Positions 62,805-64,000 of a DNA stretch of 64,000 nt are shown piece by piece. The position numbers and the translations under genes are program-made. The notes under the pieces are model-generated. The model was not told the origin of the DNA. It made no database searches and worked only from the letters and a program-made list of their open reading frames with translations. The stretch is from a virus, in the IMG/VR virus record IMGVR_UViG_3300035338_000016, positions 14,784 through 78,783 of that record; one strand, written 5' to 3'. How positions within the stretch are numbered: position 1 is the stretch's first letter; the number at the start of each line of letters is the position of its first letter.

Positions 62805-64000
62805 ATGAAAGAAATCAAGAAACTTACAGTACAAAATAACAAATATGAAATCCTCTCTCGTGAAGAATTCCATAGATACGATTGTGGAATATTAACAGAC
62901 GAAGATTTTTGTACTGCCCACCCTACCGGCAAGATGGTAGAAAAGATTGATGACGCAATAATTTGGACAAAGAAACATGTAAGAATTACACCTGATACTA
63001 ACTTAAAAGGAGAAGATGATAATGGCAAATGAGAGTTTAGAAGAAGAGAAAAGACCGGTTACTCTATCGGTGGCAGAACAGGAAACCTACATACATTTTA
63101 TGAGAGATGAACCTTTTGCGACAATTTACACTTCTGATTCAACACAAATTACAAAACTAGATAAACTGTGTGCCGATAGTAAAAGTTCAGAATATTATTC
63201 ATTGATTAGGGAAAGTAGTGTCAGCAAGACCTATAAGTGTACTGACAAATCGCTTGTTTGGGGATGTCGTACTGGTAAAAAAGAAATGTCAGAAGAGCAA
63301 CGTAAAGCCGCCGGTGAGAGAATGAAAAAATATCAGGAGAGTAAAAAGCAGTCTGAGTGATAGTTTTGGTCTGAATTTCTAACGTATACATTAACGTAGA
63401 AAATTTTGACACTTAGGTTGACTAATTGTTCACCTAAAATTACAACTTTAAAAATTAAAGATGCTAATTAGAAAAATGGAGGAAAATATTATGGAGAAAG
63501 TTTTAAGATACGAAAAAATGGGAACAACAGTTATTTCAGTAGATATTACAGAGGATTATACAGTTTTTGTAACGGCAAATTGGAACAAAGTAAGCAAGAA
63601 ATATATGGTCACGCTTGAATTAAAAGAAAAGACCACTCCCCTCAAAGATATGATTGTTGATGAAACTGACAATATCGAGTTAAGAGCTGATATGAAAACG
63701 ATTAACTTCGAAATGGCTAAGTTTATCACTAAGAAATTAGACGATGGTTTCTTCAATTATTATATTGACAGATACAATCATATGCTCAGATGTTTCGATA
63801 AAGGAGCTGAGATGATTGAGTTAGAAACAGAGAATAAGGTGATTGGAGCATAATGTGTAGGTATTGCAATCAGTTGATATGCCCAGTTGGATGCCCTAAT
63901 TATGAGCTACCAAGACCGAAACATCACTGTCGTATTTGTGGAAGTGGAATTTATGAAGGTGAAGAATACATAGAAAACGAAGATGGTGAGTTTATTCATT
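62805..64000 (+). other. Rightward hypothetical CDS (62805-63032, 63016-63360, 63491-63853 and partial Cys-rich 63853 to window end)
   Basis: ORF track and SD sites. Confidence 0.7.

Larger units (their letters stand above)
1..64000. mobile_element. Segment of a large SPbeta-like temperate phage/prophage (early, accessory and replication regions)
   Basis: SPbeta-like replication gene order, YopX, Rha, Gp157, ArdA and a dense run of small co-oriented ORFs with strong SD sites. No host housekeeping genes and no att boundary seen. Confidence 0.9.

Noticed and set aside
1-64000. CRISPR array, tRNA or rRNA genes
   Set aside because: No regularly spaced 23-47 bp repeats, no cloverleaf with a GTTCRANTC T-arm, and no rRNA-like segments found by eye

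Overview
This window is a 64-kb, low-GC (about 30% by eye) segment of a large SPbeta-like temperate phage or prophage of a Firmicute, probably Clostridia. No virion genes, host housekeeping genes, tRNA/rRNA or CRISPR arrays are visible. Almost everything from 1 to 56 kb is transcribed leftward: (i) an accessory region with two tandem C5 DNA methyltransferases, one circularly permuted; (ii) an SPbeta-type replisome operon (YorF/G/H-like proteins, DnaB-like helicase, primase, RecJ/DHH, polymerase, RecD2, Gp157), in which the usual DnaE slot holds a family-B polymerase apparently fused to a DnaE-like C-terminus; (iii) about 35 kb of small accessory genes including YopX, an orphan Panacea protein, LemA, a Lar-like protein, DUF262, a secreted nuclease, a tyrosine recombinase and ArdA. 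A regulatory hub at 35.7-39.3 kb contains a sigma-factor/DUF262 fusion under a LexA-box promoter, a MazF-like RNase, a divergent RHH repressor and an antisense RNA. A second switch at 56 kb has GGTTAACC operators next to RHH and HTH genes. It is followed by a replication-relaxation/FtsK/RHH module and a rightward Rha/Rep-like operon. The most striking unexplained structure is an 18-bp inverted-arm motif (WTRAAW-N6-WTTYAW) at over 30 gene junctions. I found it only in accessory regions, which also encode a catalytically intact tyrosine recombinase, so it is a candidate integron-like cassette-shuffling system. Family assignments come from motif recognition only; no database searches were run.
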